64,000 nt of DNA from an uncultured Prevotellaceae bacterium (lineage in GTDB: Bacteria > Bacteroidota > Bacteroidia > Bacteroidales > Bacteroidaceae): positions 3,052 through 67,051 of the forward strand of contig CACXJZ010000005.1 in NCBI GenBank assembly GCA_902768105.1. Direction: 5' to 3'. Each line of letters begins with the position of its first letter. The stretch's first letter is position 1. A program made the position numbers and the translations under genes. Of this stretch, positions 37,571-48,076 are shown piece by piece. Below the pieces are notes generated by a model. The model had not been told where the DNA came from. It did no database searches and saw nothing but the letters and a program-made list of their open reading frames with translations.

Positions 37571-40021
37571 TTAATCCTGGAAATAAACTTTTTTGACACG
37601 GCCGCTCACAGCGGTAAGCACCTCGTAAGGTATAGTGTCGAGCACATCGCTGAGCACGCTGACGGGCAGGTTGCGGCCAAAAATCTCCACCATGTCGCCC
37701 TCATGGACGTCAGGGATGTCGGTAACGTCAATCATCGCCACATCCATACAGATATTGCCCACATAAGGAGCCTTATGGCCATTGACGAGACAATAGCAGG
37801 CCCCGCGTCCCAGGTGGCGATTCAGTCCGTCGGCATAACCTATGGGGATAGCGGCAATGATGCTGTCGCGTGTCAGCACACCCTTACGCGAGTAGCCCAC
37901 GGTCTCTTCCTTCGGCACGTGGCGCAACTGTAGGATGGTGGTCTTGAGGGTACTGACGCATTGTAATGGCGACTGGTGACTGGTGAGTGGTGAAGAGTAA
38001 GGATCGATCCCGTAGAGTCCCAATCCTAGACGACACATGTCGAGCTGACGCTCGGGGAAGTGCTCGATGCCTGCAGAGTTGTCCATATGGCGCAGGATGT
38101 GGTGGCTGAAGGCTGACTGCAGTTGTTCGCTGCCCTTCAGGAACCGTTCGAACTGCAGGCGTGAGAAGTTGTCAAAGTCGTCGCTGTCGCTACCCACGAA
38201 ATGCGAAAAGACGGAGCGTGGGATGATAGCATTCTGGTGCTTCAGGCGGCTGATGAGCTCATCCATGTCCGTCTCGGGGTTGAAGCCCAAACGATGCATG
38301 CCCGTATCGAGTTTGATGTGCACAGGCCAATCAGTGATACCCTCCTTCTCAGCAGCACGGATGAGTGCATCCATCAGTCGGAAGGAATAGACTTCGGGCT
38401 CCAACTCATAGCCGAACATCGTCTTGAAGGCCGTCATCTCGGGGTTCATGATGATGATGTTCTGCGTGATGCCGTTGCGACGTAGTTCCACGCCCTCGTC
38501 AGCTACAGCCACAGCGAGATAATCGACGCGATGGTCCTGTAACGTCTTAGCCACCTCGACAGCTCCGGCACCGTAGGCGTCGGCTTTCACCATGCATACC
38601 AGCTTGGTTTCCGGTTTCAAGAACGAACGGAAGTAGTTGAGGTTATCGACAACAGCATTGAGGTTTACCTCGAGAATGGTCTCGTGAACCTTCTGCTCAA
38701 GTTGCTCTGTGATGCGGTCGAAACCAAACTGACGGGCTCCCTTGATGAGGATAACCTCGTCGTGCAGGCTGCGGAAAGCCTCGCTGGCAAGGAAAGCCTC
38801 AGTATCGGCGAAGAAAGATTTTTCACCTACGGAGAAAGTCGATTGGTGGGTACTGATGCGAGGACCTATTCCGATGAGTTTGCTGACGCCGCGCTTCACG
38901 CAGAGATTATTCACTTCCTTGTACAATTCCTCGTCACTCATGCCACTCTGCTGAATATCAGAAAGGATGAGCACCCCTCCTAATCTTCCCGAAGGAGAGG
39001 AATCTGACTCCTCTCCTTTGGAGGGGCTGAGGGAAGTTCTCCGTGCCATGAAATCGAGCGCAATAGCAAGCGAGTTGATGTCGGAGTTATAGGAGTCGTT
39101 AATGAGCGTACAGCCGTGCTGTCCCTCCTTAACCTCAAGACGCATGGCGACAGGCTCCAGACGTGCCATCCGCTCACGCAGCTGTTCAGGTGTTACGCCC
39201 AAATAGAGCGCTGTGGCAGCAACAGCCAACGAACACTCTATCGAGGCCTCGTCGATGAAAGGCAACTCATACATCTCCACCATATCCTTGTGCCAGCCAA
39301 TCTTCTCACCCTTGAAACCGCTGCGACGCACACAACGGCTGACAAGGTCATCGTCGGCATTATAAATAATGACCTGAGCATCGTGGAACAGTTGCAGTTT
39401 CTCCATGCACTTCTCCTCCAGCGAACGGAAATTCTCCTGGTGGGGTGCTCCTATAGACGTCAGCACACCAATAGTAGGCTGGATGATGTCGGCCAGTAAA
39501 GGCATCTCTCCCGGCTGACTGATGCCTGCCTCGATGAGCGCCACGTCAGTCTGCTCGTTGAGCAGCCATACTGATAGAGGTACACCTATCTGCGAGTTAT
39601 AGCTCTTGGGCGAGCGAGTCACGTTATGGTCAGGTGACAGAACCTGATAGAGCCACTCCTTGACCATCGTCTTACCGTTAGAGCCCGTGATACCCACCAC
39701 GGGAATGTCGAACTCGTCACGATGGCGCTCCGCCAGTCGTTGCAGGGCCTCTAATGGTGAGGGCACAACGAGGAAGTTAGCACCCTCATGGTCCCCTAAC
39801 TTAGCGGACTTAGAAACCACAAAATTCCTCACGCCACGCCGATAAAGGTCGGCAATATATTTATGACCGTCGTTGCGGGCGGTCTTCAGTGCAAAAAACA
39901 ATGTTTCCTCAGGGAAACAAAGTGAGCGGCTGTCGGTAAGCAGCCAACTTATCTGTGCGTCGGCAGTGCCGATGCGTCGTGCTCCAATGAGCGTCGTAAT
40001 TTTTTCTATTGAGTAATTCAT
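37571..40021 (-). CDS. alr: Bifunctional MurF ligase / alanine racemase
   Basis: GITGSNGKT, INDSYNSD (MurF); MVKADAYGAG, HIKLDTGMHRLG, GNICMD (Alr). Confidence 0.93.
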   Translation of the reverse strand: MNYSIEKITTLIGARRIGTADAQISWLLTDSRSLCFPEETLFFALKTARNDGHKYIADLYRRGVRNFVVSKSAKLGDHEGANFLVVPSPLEALQRLAERHRDEFDIPVVGITGSNGKTMVKEWLYQVLSPDHNVTRSPKSYNSQIGVPLSVWLLNEQTDVALIEAGISQPGEMPLLADIIQPTIGVLTSIGAPHQENFRSLEEKCMEKLQLFHDAQVIIYNADDDLVSRCVRRSGFKGEKIGWHKDMVEMYELPFIDEASIECSLAVAATALYLGVTPEQLRERMARLEPVAMRLEVKEGQHGCTLINDSYNSDINSLAIALDFMARRTSLSPSKGEESDSSPSGRLGGVLILSDIQQSGMSDEELYKEVNNLCVKRGVSKLIGIGPRISTHQSTFSVGEKSFFADTEAFLASEAFRSLHDEVILIKGARQFGFDRITEQLEQKVHETILEVNLNAVVDNLNYFRSFLKPETKLVCMVKADAYGAGAVEVAKTLQDHRVDYLAVAVADEGVELRRNGITQNIIIMNPEMTAFKTMFGYELEPEVYSFRLMDALIRAAEKEGITDWPVHIKLDTGMHRLGFNPETDMDELISRLKHQNAIIPRSVFSHFVGSDSDDFDNFSRLQFERFLKGSEQLQSAFSHHILRHMDNSAGIEHFPERQLDMCRLGLGLYGIDPYSSPLTSHQSPLQCVSTLKTTILQLRHVPKEETVGYSRKGVLTRDSIIAAIPIGYADGLNRHLGRGACYCLVNGHKAPYVGNICMDVAMIDVTDIPDVHEGDMVEIFGRNLPVSVLSDVLDTIPYEVLTAVSGRVKKVYFQD
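37964..37998 (-). repeat. In-frame 7-bp tandem repeat in the Alr domain
   Basis: taatggc gactggt gactggt gagtggt gaagagt; encodes SSPLTSHQSPL. Confidence 0.8.
38973..39037 (-). mobile_element. 65-bp double-hairpin element, in frame in the MurF domain
   Basis: 46/65 ungapped identity with 55597-55661; encodes TSLSPSKGEESDSSPSGRLGG. Confidence 0.88.
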
Positions 40022-40839
40022 AGCGCGAAGGTACTATATTTTTTCCGTAACTCAGCTACTTTTAACATAGTTTTATCCATGAACGTCTTATATTCAGCGC
40101 TCTCAGCATCGAACGGACGATGAGCCAGAGCCTGCTTCACGGGTTGCCAGTCGGCCAACCACTGACGAGCGGCAGGCGAGAAATAGGTTTCCACCAGTCG
40201 CTCCCAGATGTAGTCAACAGCCTGCTCGGAGGGGTGCAGCATGTCGGGGGCGTAGAAACGGTAGTCGCGCAGTTCGTCCATCATAATTTCGTAGGCAGGA
40301 AAATAGCTAAGATGATGGCTAATGGGTAATAGAGGGTGGCTTATGGCCATTTGCGCCGACAACAGTAGCGTCGCCTTTGAGAGTTGGCTCTCGTGGTAGC
40401 CGTACTTGCGGTATCGTATAGGGCTAACGGTCAGGACAATGTGCACGTCTGGACGGCGGCTGCGCAGCACCTCCACCGTTTCCTGCAGGTAGTGGGCGCA
40501 CTCCTCCGCCGTGAGTTCCTCCTCGGTGAAGAGTGACGCAGGGCGCTTCTGGCAATTATCCACAATCTCACCCGTTGCCTTCTCGCGATAGACATGATTT
40601 GTGCCGAGGGTGAGAAACACCCACTTGGCTCCCCCACTCCTTGGGGAATTAGAAACAGTATGCAGGATACTTACAGGGTTATACATGGTGCCATAGGGGT
40701 TGACCACAGTGGGAAACTTCTCGTCCTGAAAGCGCCGTCCAATACCGTCGGCAAAACATGAGCCTACGAGCAACACCTCGTCGTGTGGCTCAATCTTCGC
40801 TTCGGAAGACTTGATGTCGATGATTGTTCTGAATTCCAT
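40018..40839 (-). CDS. GSCFA domain protein (SGNH-like)
   Basis: VGSCFA, LTVSPIR, YFPAYEIMMDELRDYRFY.PDMLHPS. Confidence 0.9.
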   Translation of the reverse strand: MEFRTIIDIKSSEAKIEPHDEVLLVGSCFADGIGRRFQDEKFPTVVNPYGTMYNPVSILHTVSNSPRSGGAKWVFLTLGTNHVYREKATGEIVDNCQKRPASLFTEEELTAEECAHYLQETVEVLRSRRPDVHIVLTVSPIRYRKYGYHESQLSKATLLLSAQMAISHPLLPISHHLSYFPAYEIMMDELRDYRFYAPDMLHPSEQAVDYIWERLVETYFSPAARQWLADWQPVKQALAHRPFDAESAEYKTFMDKTMLKVAELRKKYSTFAL

Positions 40840-40978
40840 ATCAGTTTTCTTATTGCCTGCAAAGATAACATAAACCGCGCTAAATACCAAATTTATGTTA
40901 AACAAATAAGTTATCCTCCCCGTTTCCCTTTAATTTTTGTATATTTGCCGGCGATTTACTCCAATAACATAAACCAAT

Positions 40979-42313
40979 ATGAATAATAATGAACAGAACG
41001 GCCTGCTAACAAAGAATGGCGTCAACTATCTCATTCCATTTATCCTCATTACCTCCTGCTTTGCATTGTGGGGCTTTGCCAACGACGTAACAACGCCTAT
41101 GGTAAAGGCGTTTTCCAAGATTTTCCGCATGAGCGTAACCGAAGGCGCAATGGTACCTGTAGCCTTCTATCTGGGCTACTTCGTCATGGCGTTCCCTGCC
41201 GCGATGTACATACAGCGATACTCCTTCAAGAACGGTGTGCTCATCGGTTTGGCGCTTTACGCCATTGGCGCGCTACTGTTCTTCCCTGCCAAGATGACGG
41301 GAATGTTCTTCCCCTTCCTGCTGGCATACTTCATCCTCACGTGTGGACTATCATTCTTGGAAACGAGCTGTAACCCCTACATCTACTGTATGGGTAGCGA
41401 AGAAACAGCGACACAGCGCCTGAACCTGGCACAGGCTTTCAACCCTATCGGTGTGCTGGCCGGTTCCTATGTGGCCATGCACTACGTCCAGGCACGCATG
41501 AGTCCCATTGACTCTGTCGAGCGCATGGCGCTCGACGACCAGCAATTTGAGCTCATCAAAGACCACGACCTTTCTGTCCTCATACAGCCCTACGTCTATA
41601 TAGGAGCTTTTATCCTGATACTGCTGATATTGATTTGGATTACACGGATGCCGAAAATTTCTAGCACGGCTAGCAACAAGCCGTTGCGCCAGTCGCTCAA
41701 GGAGCTGATTCACATCAAGAACTACCGTGAGGGTGTCATCGCGCAGTTCTTCTATATTGGTGCACAGGTCATGTGCTGGACGTTCATCATCCAGTATGGC
41801 ACAAGAATCTTTGTCAGCGAAGGCATGGAGGAGCGTGCTGCCGAGATACTGTCGCAGAAGTACAACATTGCGGCACTGGTGCTATTCACGGTATTCCGCT
41901 TTATTTGTACCTACTTCCTGAAATACATTGCCCCAGGGCGTCTGCTGACCATATTGGCCGTCATTGGAGGCGTGGCCGTAGCTGGTGTCATCTTGTTTAC
42001 TGACGTCAACGGACTCTATTGTCTGGTCATTGTCAGTGCCTGCATGTCGCTCATGTTCCCAACCATCTACGGCATAGCCCTGCGTGGTGTGGGCGACTCC
42101 AACGTAAAGGTAGCTAGCGCAGGACTCATCATGGCTATTCTGGGAGGTTCGGTATTTCCACCGTTACAGGCAGCCATCATCGACCTGAAAGTGTCGTTCT
42201 TAGGACTGCCTGCAACCAATGTATCGTTTATCGTACCGTTAATCTGCTTTGTTGTCATTGCCCTTTACGGACATCGTGCGTACATGCGTCACCAGATTTA
42301 CAAGGAGGTATAG
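40979..42313 (+). CDS. fucP: L-fucose:H+ symporter-family MFS permease
   Basis: FALWGFAND, FLETSCNPY, RLNLAQAFNP, MSLMFPTIY. Confidence 0.82.
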   Translation: MNNNEQNGLLTKNGVNYLIPFILITSCFALWGFANDVTTPMVKAFSKIFRMSVTEGAMVPVAFYLGYFVMAFPAAMYIQRYSFKNGVLIGLALYAIGALLFFPAKMTGMFFPFLLAYFILTCGLSFLETSCNPYIYCMGSEETATQRLNLAQAFNPIGVLAGSYVAMHYVQARMSPIDSVERMALDDQQFELIKDHDLSVLIQPYVYIGAFILILLILIWITRMPKISSTASNKPLRQSLKELIHIKNYREGVIAQFFYIGAQVMCWTFIIQYGTRIFVSEGMEERAAEILSQKYNIAALVLFTVFRFICTYFLKYIAPGRLLTILAVIGGVAVAGVILFTDVNGLYCLVIVSACMSLMFPTIYGIALRGVGDSNVKVASAGLIMAILGGSVFPPLQAAIIDLKVSFLGLPATNVSFIVPLICFVVIALYGHRAYMRHQIYKEV

Positions 42314-44830
42314 AATCAGCAGTGCAAGCACAACATAAGTTGCATAGGCAATGAATTCTGTCGTTTTCACGGATTTGGGGAAGAACGACAGCACTATCTC
42401 ATGCTTGCCAGGTGCTACCTTCAACGCACGCAACACGTAGTTGACACGTCCCAGTTCAGCCTCCTGACCGTCGATGGTTGCCGTCCAACCCGGGTAGTAA
42501 ATCTCTGAGAACACCACGACTCCACCCTTACCAGAGTTGACTGTATAAGTCAATTGGTTAGGCTCATACTTGTCGATGGTCACACGGCTCAGCGTGTCCT
42601 GCTGCACACTCGACCCCAACACGTCGGCAAACTTCTTGTCAGCCACAGCCTGTGTTCTCAGGGACAACTTGCCTAGCGCATCAAGCTCTTCATTGGCATT
42701 ATCGACATAGTTTACCTTATCCACAAACCATGCGTTGCCGTATGTCTGGTAGTTCTGCAGCGGAATAGTATTGTTGCTCACGCCCACAATGATATACTTC
42801 GTATTGAGCATGTTCAGCACGGGCATCACGCTATCGGCCGGTAACTGGTTCAGGTCGAAATCCACAGTGGGGAGGGTTGCCGCCAGTGTCTGCATCTCGC
42901 GCATGATGTAGGCATCAATCAGCTCCTGGTAGCGACGCAGCTTAGCTGCGTGGTAGCCACCAATGCTTTTGTGGAAATAGGAGGTCTCATTCTCATTGAA
43001 TGTGTTGGTGGTCAGATTCAACACACGATAGTCGAGTGTCTTGTCCTGCAGAATTTGCTCATCAGCATACGTGGGTTTGATGGGGTTCTCACGCTCAGCC
43101 TTCGGCACGAACATCTCGTCGTTCAGATATCGCTTGTTCACCTGCCACATATCTACCAGACAGAGTACAATAAGTGCAGCCACTGTCCATTGTGCACGCA
43201 GTTTTCCCCAGCGATAGAGCAGGAGGAAGAGCACGCCTATTAATATAATAAGGAGCGAACGCCAGCAGTCAGCCACGAACACCGCCTTATGCATATCAGC
43301 CAACGACGGCAGCAGATGACTGACGGCAGCCTGGTACTGCTGCATCACGTCAGGATGGTCGGCTAGCACCTGCACTACCTGGGCGTTCATCATATCTACC
43401 GTTTGGGCATCCATTTGCGAGTTGAAGTCGAAGAATACGCTTGGCAGCAGGGCAAACAGCAGACAGAACCCTCCCGTCAACGCCAATGCTGCATAGAACG
43501 CCTTTTCCTTCAGTATCTCAGGTTTTTCTATCACCTCCTTCAGTGCCATCATTGCCAGCAGGGGAATGGTAAACTCTGCAATGACAAGGATGGAGGCAAC
43601 CGTACGGAACTTGGCATACATGGGTACGAAGTCGAGGAACAGGTCTGTAAACGGCATGAAATTCTTACCCCACGACAACAGTATGGACAATATGGTAGCA
43701 GCCAACAATGCCCACTTCATGGGACCTTTTACGACAAACAGTCCCAGCACAAATAGAAACAGTACGAAGGCTCCCACATAGACGGGACCTGCCGTCATGG
43801 GCTGTGTGCCCCAATATTCATAGAAGTTGTTATAGGGGTTCATCTGGAACACCTGCCCAAAGAAGTTCTCAACCTGCTCGTCAGCATGCTCCATGGCCCG
43901 CTCGTCAGTCGATATGGGCACTGTTGCACCCCCCTTTGTGTTTGGAATGAGCAGTGTCCACGTCTCGTCAATGCCGTACGACCACTGTGTGATGTAGTCA
44001 CGATCCAGTCCGCTACCTGTCTGGTTGGCTGCATCAGCCTTTACCAGCTCACTCTTGCCGCGCATAGTTTCCTGCGAATACTGCCACGTGTGGTACAGAT
44101 TCGACAGGTTCAGACAGATTCCAATCAGTCCGCCGGCAGCACAGGCGCCTATTGCCTTCAACACATGACGCCAGTCCTTGCGCTTCTCAATGATAAACGC
44201 AATGACCATTGCAAGAATGACGAACAGGTAGTAATACGTCATCTGCACGTGGTTCGCATTCACCTCGAAAGCAGCGAAGATGCCAGTCACGATAAGTCCC
44301 CACAAGTAACGTCCCCTGAAGGCCAGCACCACGCCGGCAATCATTGGTGGCAAGTAGGCCAGTGCCATCACCTTCCAGATGTGACCTGCCCCGATGATGA
44401 TGAAGAAGTACGACGAGAATGCCCACACGATGGCACCCAGCATAGCGAGCCACTGCTTGAAGTTGAACGCACGTAGCAGGATATAGAAACCCAGCAGGTA
44501 GGCAAACACATACCATACATTCTCAGGCAGCCACAGGTGATAGGCTTTTACGGCTTTCTCTATCATGTCTGTAGAGTCATACGACGGCGATGTCTGATAC
44601 GTCGGCATGCCACTGAAGAGCGCATTTGTCCAACGTGTCCGTTCACCTGTAGCCTGCAGGTATTCTGAGGCCTCCTGACCGGCACCTATGCCAGCCGAGG
44701 AGTCATGACGGAACAAGATACGGTCTTCCACATCTGCCGGATAGAAATAGGCAAAGGCTATTACAGCAAAAATCACGACTGCCACCACATCGGGCAGCCA
44801 TAGCTTCCATTTTTTCATGTTTTCTCTCAT
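42239..44830 (-). CDS. YfhO family membrane protein (GT-C-like)
   Basis: WTNALFSGMPTY, NHVQMTYY, SIGGYHAAKLRRYQELI, FSEIYYPGW. Confidence 0.88.
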   Translation of the reverse strand: MRENMKKWKLWLPDVVAVVIFAVIAFAYFYPADVEDRILFRHDSSAGIGAGQEASEYLQATGERTRWTNALFSGMPTYQTSPSYDSTDMIEKAVKAYHLWLPENVWYVFAYLLGFYILLRAFNFKQWLAMLGAIVWAFSSYFFIIIGAGHIWKVMALAYLPPMIAGVVLAFRGRYLWGLIVTGIFAAFEVNANHVQMTYYYLFVILAMVIAFIIEKRKDWRHVLKAIGACAAGGLIGICLNLSNLYHTWQYSQETMRGKSELVKADAANQTGSGLDRDYITQWSYGIDETWTLLIPNTKGGATVPISTDERAMEHADEQVENFFGQVFQMNPYNNFYEYWGTQPMTAGPVYVGAFVLFLFVLGLFVVKGPMKWALLAATILSILLSWGKNFMPFTDLFLDFVPMYAKFRTVASILVIAEFTIPLLAMMALKEVIEKPEILKEKAFYAALALTGGFCLLFALLPSVFFDFNSQMDAQTVDMMNAQVVQVLADHPDVMQQYQAAVSHLLPSLADMHKAVFVADCWRSLLIILIGVLFLLLYRWGKLRAQWTVAALIVLCLVDMWQVNKRYLNDEMFVPKAERENPIKPTYADEQILQDKTLDYRVLNLTTNTFNENETSYFHKSIGGYHAAKLRRYQELIDAYIMREMQTLAATLPTVDFDLNQLPADSVMPVLNMLNTKYIIVGVSNNTIPLQNYQTYGNAWFVDKVNYVDNANEELDALGKLSLRTQAVADKKFADVLGSSVQQDTLSRVTIDKYEPNQLTYTVNSGKGGVVVFSEIYYPGWTATIDGQEAELGRVNYVLRALKVAPGKHEIVLSFFPKSVKTTEFIAYATYVVLALLILYLLVNLVTHVRTMSVKGNDNKAD

Positions 44831-44838
44831 TTTGCGTG

Positions 44839-44866
44839 CAAAGTTACGAAATTTTTATTAACTTTG
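44839..44866. promoter_or_regulatory. Back-to-back divergent -7 boxes (yfhO / mtnN)
   Basis: caaagtta-N12-taactttg gives TAACTTTG on both strands. Confidence 0.6.
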
Positions 44867-44971
44867 CGCTTTGCAAGCGCGAAATTACTCCGTCTCGGTA
44901 AAAAAAGAAACATGTTTCTTTGTTTTGCACTCAACTTTTCGTAATTTTGCACACTAAACAAGGAAAACTAT

Positions 44972-45622
44972 ATGAAAATAGGTATTATCGTAGCAATGGA
45001 CAAGGAACTGCACCAGTTGCAGAAATTGTTTAACAATGAGAACGTACGCGTGGAGAAATGTGGCATCGGCAAGGTGAATGCCGCCCTGGGTGCCCAGCGC
45101 ATGATTAATGAGTTTCACCCTGACATCATTATTTCCAGCGGTTGTGCAGGGGGTAATGGTGACGACGTCCACATACAAGACGTTGTGGTGAGCGCAGAAC
45201 TCGCCTATCATGACGTCTATTGTGGAAAAGCCATCGATGACACTACCGTTTATGGCCAGGTACAGGGCATGCCCGTCCGCTTCAAGGGCGACGAGGAACT
45301 GTTATCTATGGTTGAGAATGGAGAATGGGAAATGGAGAATTGCAAAATCCATCAAGGACTGATTGTCACCGGCGACTGGTTTGTGGATTCCAAGGAGAAG
45401 ATGCGTGAGATTATCGGTCACTTCCCTGAAGCAAAAGCCGTCGATATGGAGTCGGCCGCCATCGCGCAGACGTGTTATATTAATAAGGTAAGGTTTATCT
45501 CGTTCCGCGTCATCAGCGACATGCCTCTCAAGGATGCTGATGCCTCACAGTACCACGATTTCTGGGACACCATTGCCAAAAACTCCTTCCACGTCACCAA
45601 GACTTTCGTCGAAAGTCTTTAG
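44972..45622 (+). CDS. mtnN: MTA/SAH nucleosidase
   Basis: MKIGIIVAM, GIGKVNAA, TGDWF, VDMESAAIAQ, RVISD. Confidence 0.92.
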   Translation: MKIGIIVAMDKELHQLQKLFNNENVRVEKCGIGKVNAALGAQRMINEFHPDIIISSGCAGGNGDDVHIQDVVVSAELAYHDVYCGKAIDDTTVYGQVQGMPVRFKGDEELLSMVENGEWEMENCKIHQGLIVTGDWFVDSKEKMREIIGHFPEAKAVDMESAAIAQTCYINKVRFISFRVISDMPLKDADASQYHDFWDTIAKNSFHVTKTFVESL

Positions 45623-46113
45623 GCATCGGCAAACTGTCGTCCGTCGGCAAGCGTCACCTGCAGTTTCGTATATTCTGAGTGGAAATCGTTTTTCAGACGG
45701 TTCAGATAACGGCGGCACTCCCATTGGCACATGGGCAGGTCGTGTAGCAGATAGTTGCCGCAGGTTTCAGGAGTGGTGGCAGGCACTTCATCTTGCTCCA
45801 GCACCCACTCCAGACATTCAATAGTCAGCGCCCGCATGTCCTCTGTCGTATAGGAGCCAGTCATGATGATATACATCCCAGTCAGACACCCCATCGGACC
45901 GACATACACCACATCGTCCTTCACCTGTGAATTGCGGAACCAGGTAGCCATCAGGTGCTCCATGCTGTGAATGGCTGCCGGAGCAACGGCCGGTTCCTTA
46001 TTGGGTTCAGTAATACGCAGGTCGAACGTGGTAAAGCTCTTGTCTTCACGCGACACGTAGATACCCGGTTTCAAGCGGGTATGGTCAATCGTAAAACTCT
46101 GTATGGTTTCCAT
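45619..46113 (-). CDS. luxS: S-ribosylhomocysteine lyase
   Basis: SFTIDHT, FDLR, HSMEH, GPMGCLTG, CGNY. Confidence 0.93.
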   Translation of the reverse strand: METIQSFTIDHTRLKPGIYVSREDKSFTTFDLRITEPNKEPAVAPAAIHSMEHLMATWFRNSQVKDDVVYVGPMGCLTGMYIIMTGSYTTEDMRALTIECLEWVLEQDEVPATTPETCGNYLLHDLPMCQWECRRYLNRLKNDFHSEYTKLQVTLADGRQFADA

Positions 46114-46129
46114 CTACTCTCTTTAACCT

Positions 46130-47932
46130 TTACACTTTATTCGCCTTCTTTCGCTGATCGTGGTCAAGGATAATCTTGCGCATGCGCATCGACTGTGGCG
46201 TTACCTCCACCAGTTCATCTTCCTTGATATACTCCAAACACTCCTCGAGCGACATCACGGTCTTCGGAATGATGCGTGCCTTGTCGTCCGTTCCTGAAGC
46301 ACGGACATTGGTCAACTGTTTAGCCTTGCAGACGTTGACCACGAGGTCATTATCGTGTACATGTTCGCCAACCACCTGACCCGTATAGACATCCTCACCC
46401 GGGTCAATGAAGAACTTGCCTCGGTCCTGCAGCTTGTCAATGGCGTATGCAAAGGCATTACCCGTCTCCAGGGCAATCATCGAGCCATTCACTCTGCGCT
46501 CAATGTCACCCTTATAGGGCTGGTACTCCTTGAAGCGATGGGCCATGATGGCCTCACCCTGACTGGCCGTCAGCACATTGGTACGTAGTCCGATGATGCC
46601 ACGCGAAGGCATGTCGAACTCAATGTTCACACGTTCGCCCTGGCTCTCCATCGAGGTCATCTCTCCCTTACGGCGCGTCACCATGTCAATCATCTTCGAT
46701 GCAAATTCCTCTGGCACGTTGATGGTCAGCTCCTCAATAGGTTCACATTTTACACCATCGACCTCCTTATAAATAACCTGTGGCTGTCCTACCTGCAGCT
46801 CATAACCCTCACGACGCATAGTCTCAATGAGCACAGAGAGATGCAGCACACCACGACCTGAAACTACCCACTTGTCAGTGGCATCCTCGAAAGGTTCCAC
46901 GCGCAGGGCGAGGTTCTTCTCTAGTTCCTTCTCAAGACGGTCATTGATGTGACGCGACGTCACGAACTTTCCCTCCTTACCGAAGAACGGCGAATCGTTG
47001 ATGGTAAACAGCATCGACATCGTTGGCTCGTCAATGGCAATGGGCGGTAGCGGTTCGGGCTGCTCAGCGTCACAGATGGTGTCACCAATCTCGAAGCGCT
47101 CCAGTCCGATGACGGCACAGATGTCGCCACACTCCACCTTGTCGGTACGCACATGACTCATGCCCTCGAAGGTATGCAGCTCCTTGATTTTTGTCTTCTC
47201 CTGCGTACCGTCGCGGTGGCAGATGGTAATCTGCTGACCGTCCTTCAACGTGCCACGATGCACACGTCCTACGGCAATGCGTCCCTGATAGCTCGAGTAG
47301 TCCAGACTGGTAATCAGCATCTGCGGCGTGCCCTCCTTCTGCTCTGGGGCAGGAATCACCTCTACAATTTTGTCCAACAGATAGGTAATGTCATCTGTGG
47401 GGTGGTTATAGTCCTCGCCCATCCAGCCGTTCTTGGCCGACCCATACACTACGGGGAAGTCCAACTGGTCTTCCGTAGCATTCAGCGAGAACATCAGGTC
47501 GAACACCATCTCATACACTTCCTCGGGACGGCAGTTAGGCTTATCCACCTTATTCACCACCACGATGGGTTTCAGACCAATCTGCAGCGCCTTCTGCAAT
47601 ACAAAACGCGTCTGCGGCATGGGACCTTCGAAAGCATCAACCAGCAGCAGACAGCCATCGGCCATGTTGAGCACACGCTCCACCTCACCGCCGAAGTCGG
47701 AGTGTCCCGGAGTGTCGATGATATTGATTTTTACGTCTTTCCAGTTAATCGAGACATTCTTCGAGAGAATGGTGATGCCACGTTCGCGCTCCAGGTCGTT
47801 AGCGTCCAACACCTGACTCGACAGGTTCTGGCCCTCACGGAACAGGTGGCCTGCCAGCATCATCTTATCGACCAGCGTCGTTTTTCCGTGGTCAACGTGT
47901 GCTATAATAGCAATATTTCTGATATCCTGCAT
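46130..47932 (-). CDS. typA: Translational GTPase TypA/BipA
   Basis: IAHVDHGKTT, ERERGITI, DTPGH, NKVD, GRGVLHL. Confidence 0.96.
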   Translation of the reverse strand: MQDIRNIAIIAHVDHGKTTLVDKMMLAGHLFREGQNLSSQVLDANDLERERGITILSKNVSINWKDVKINIIDTPGHSDFGGEVERVLNMADGCLLLVDAFEGPMPQTRFVLQKALQIGLKPIVVVNKVDKPNCRPEEVYEMVFDLMFSLNATEDQLDFPVVYGSAKNGWMGEDYNHPTDDITYLLDKIVEVIPAPEQKEGTPQMLITSLDYSSYQGRIAVGRVHRGTLKDGQQITICHRDGTQEKTKIKELHTFEGMSHVRTDKVECGDICAVIGLERFEIGDTICDAEQPEPLPPIAIDEPTMSMLFTINDSPFFGKEGKFVTSRHINDRLEKELEKNLALRVEPFEDATDKWVVSGRGVLHLSVLIETMRREGYELQVGQPQVIYKEVDGVKCEPIEELTINVPEEFASKMIDMVTRRKGEMTSMESQGERVNIEFDMPSRGIIGLRTNVLTASQGEAIMAHRFKEYQPYKGDIERRVNGSMIALETGNAFAYAIDKLQDRGKFFIDPGEDVYTGQVVGEHVHDNDLVVNVCKAKQLTNVRASGTDDKARIIPKTVMSLEECLEYIKEDELVEVTPQSMRMRKIILDHDQRKKANKV

Positions 47933-48076
47933 CTTTGTTTTATTTAAATTGGGTGCAAAGGTACGAATAAGTAAGCAAAATACAAAAAGAAAAGCCCTTT
48001 TTTCTTTTTTATTGTCGAACGAAAGTACCTTCAACGAAGGTCAGAGGTACAAATAAGTGAGCGGATAACCAAATTT

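Noticed and set aside
39791-39809. Short imperfect palindrome gtcccctaacttagcggac in murF-alr, and ctcccccactccttgggga at about 40629-40647 in GSCFA
   Set aside because: They may be eroded copies of the element but are too short to assign.
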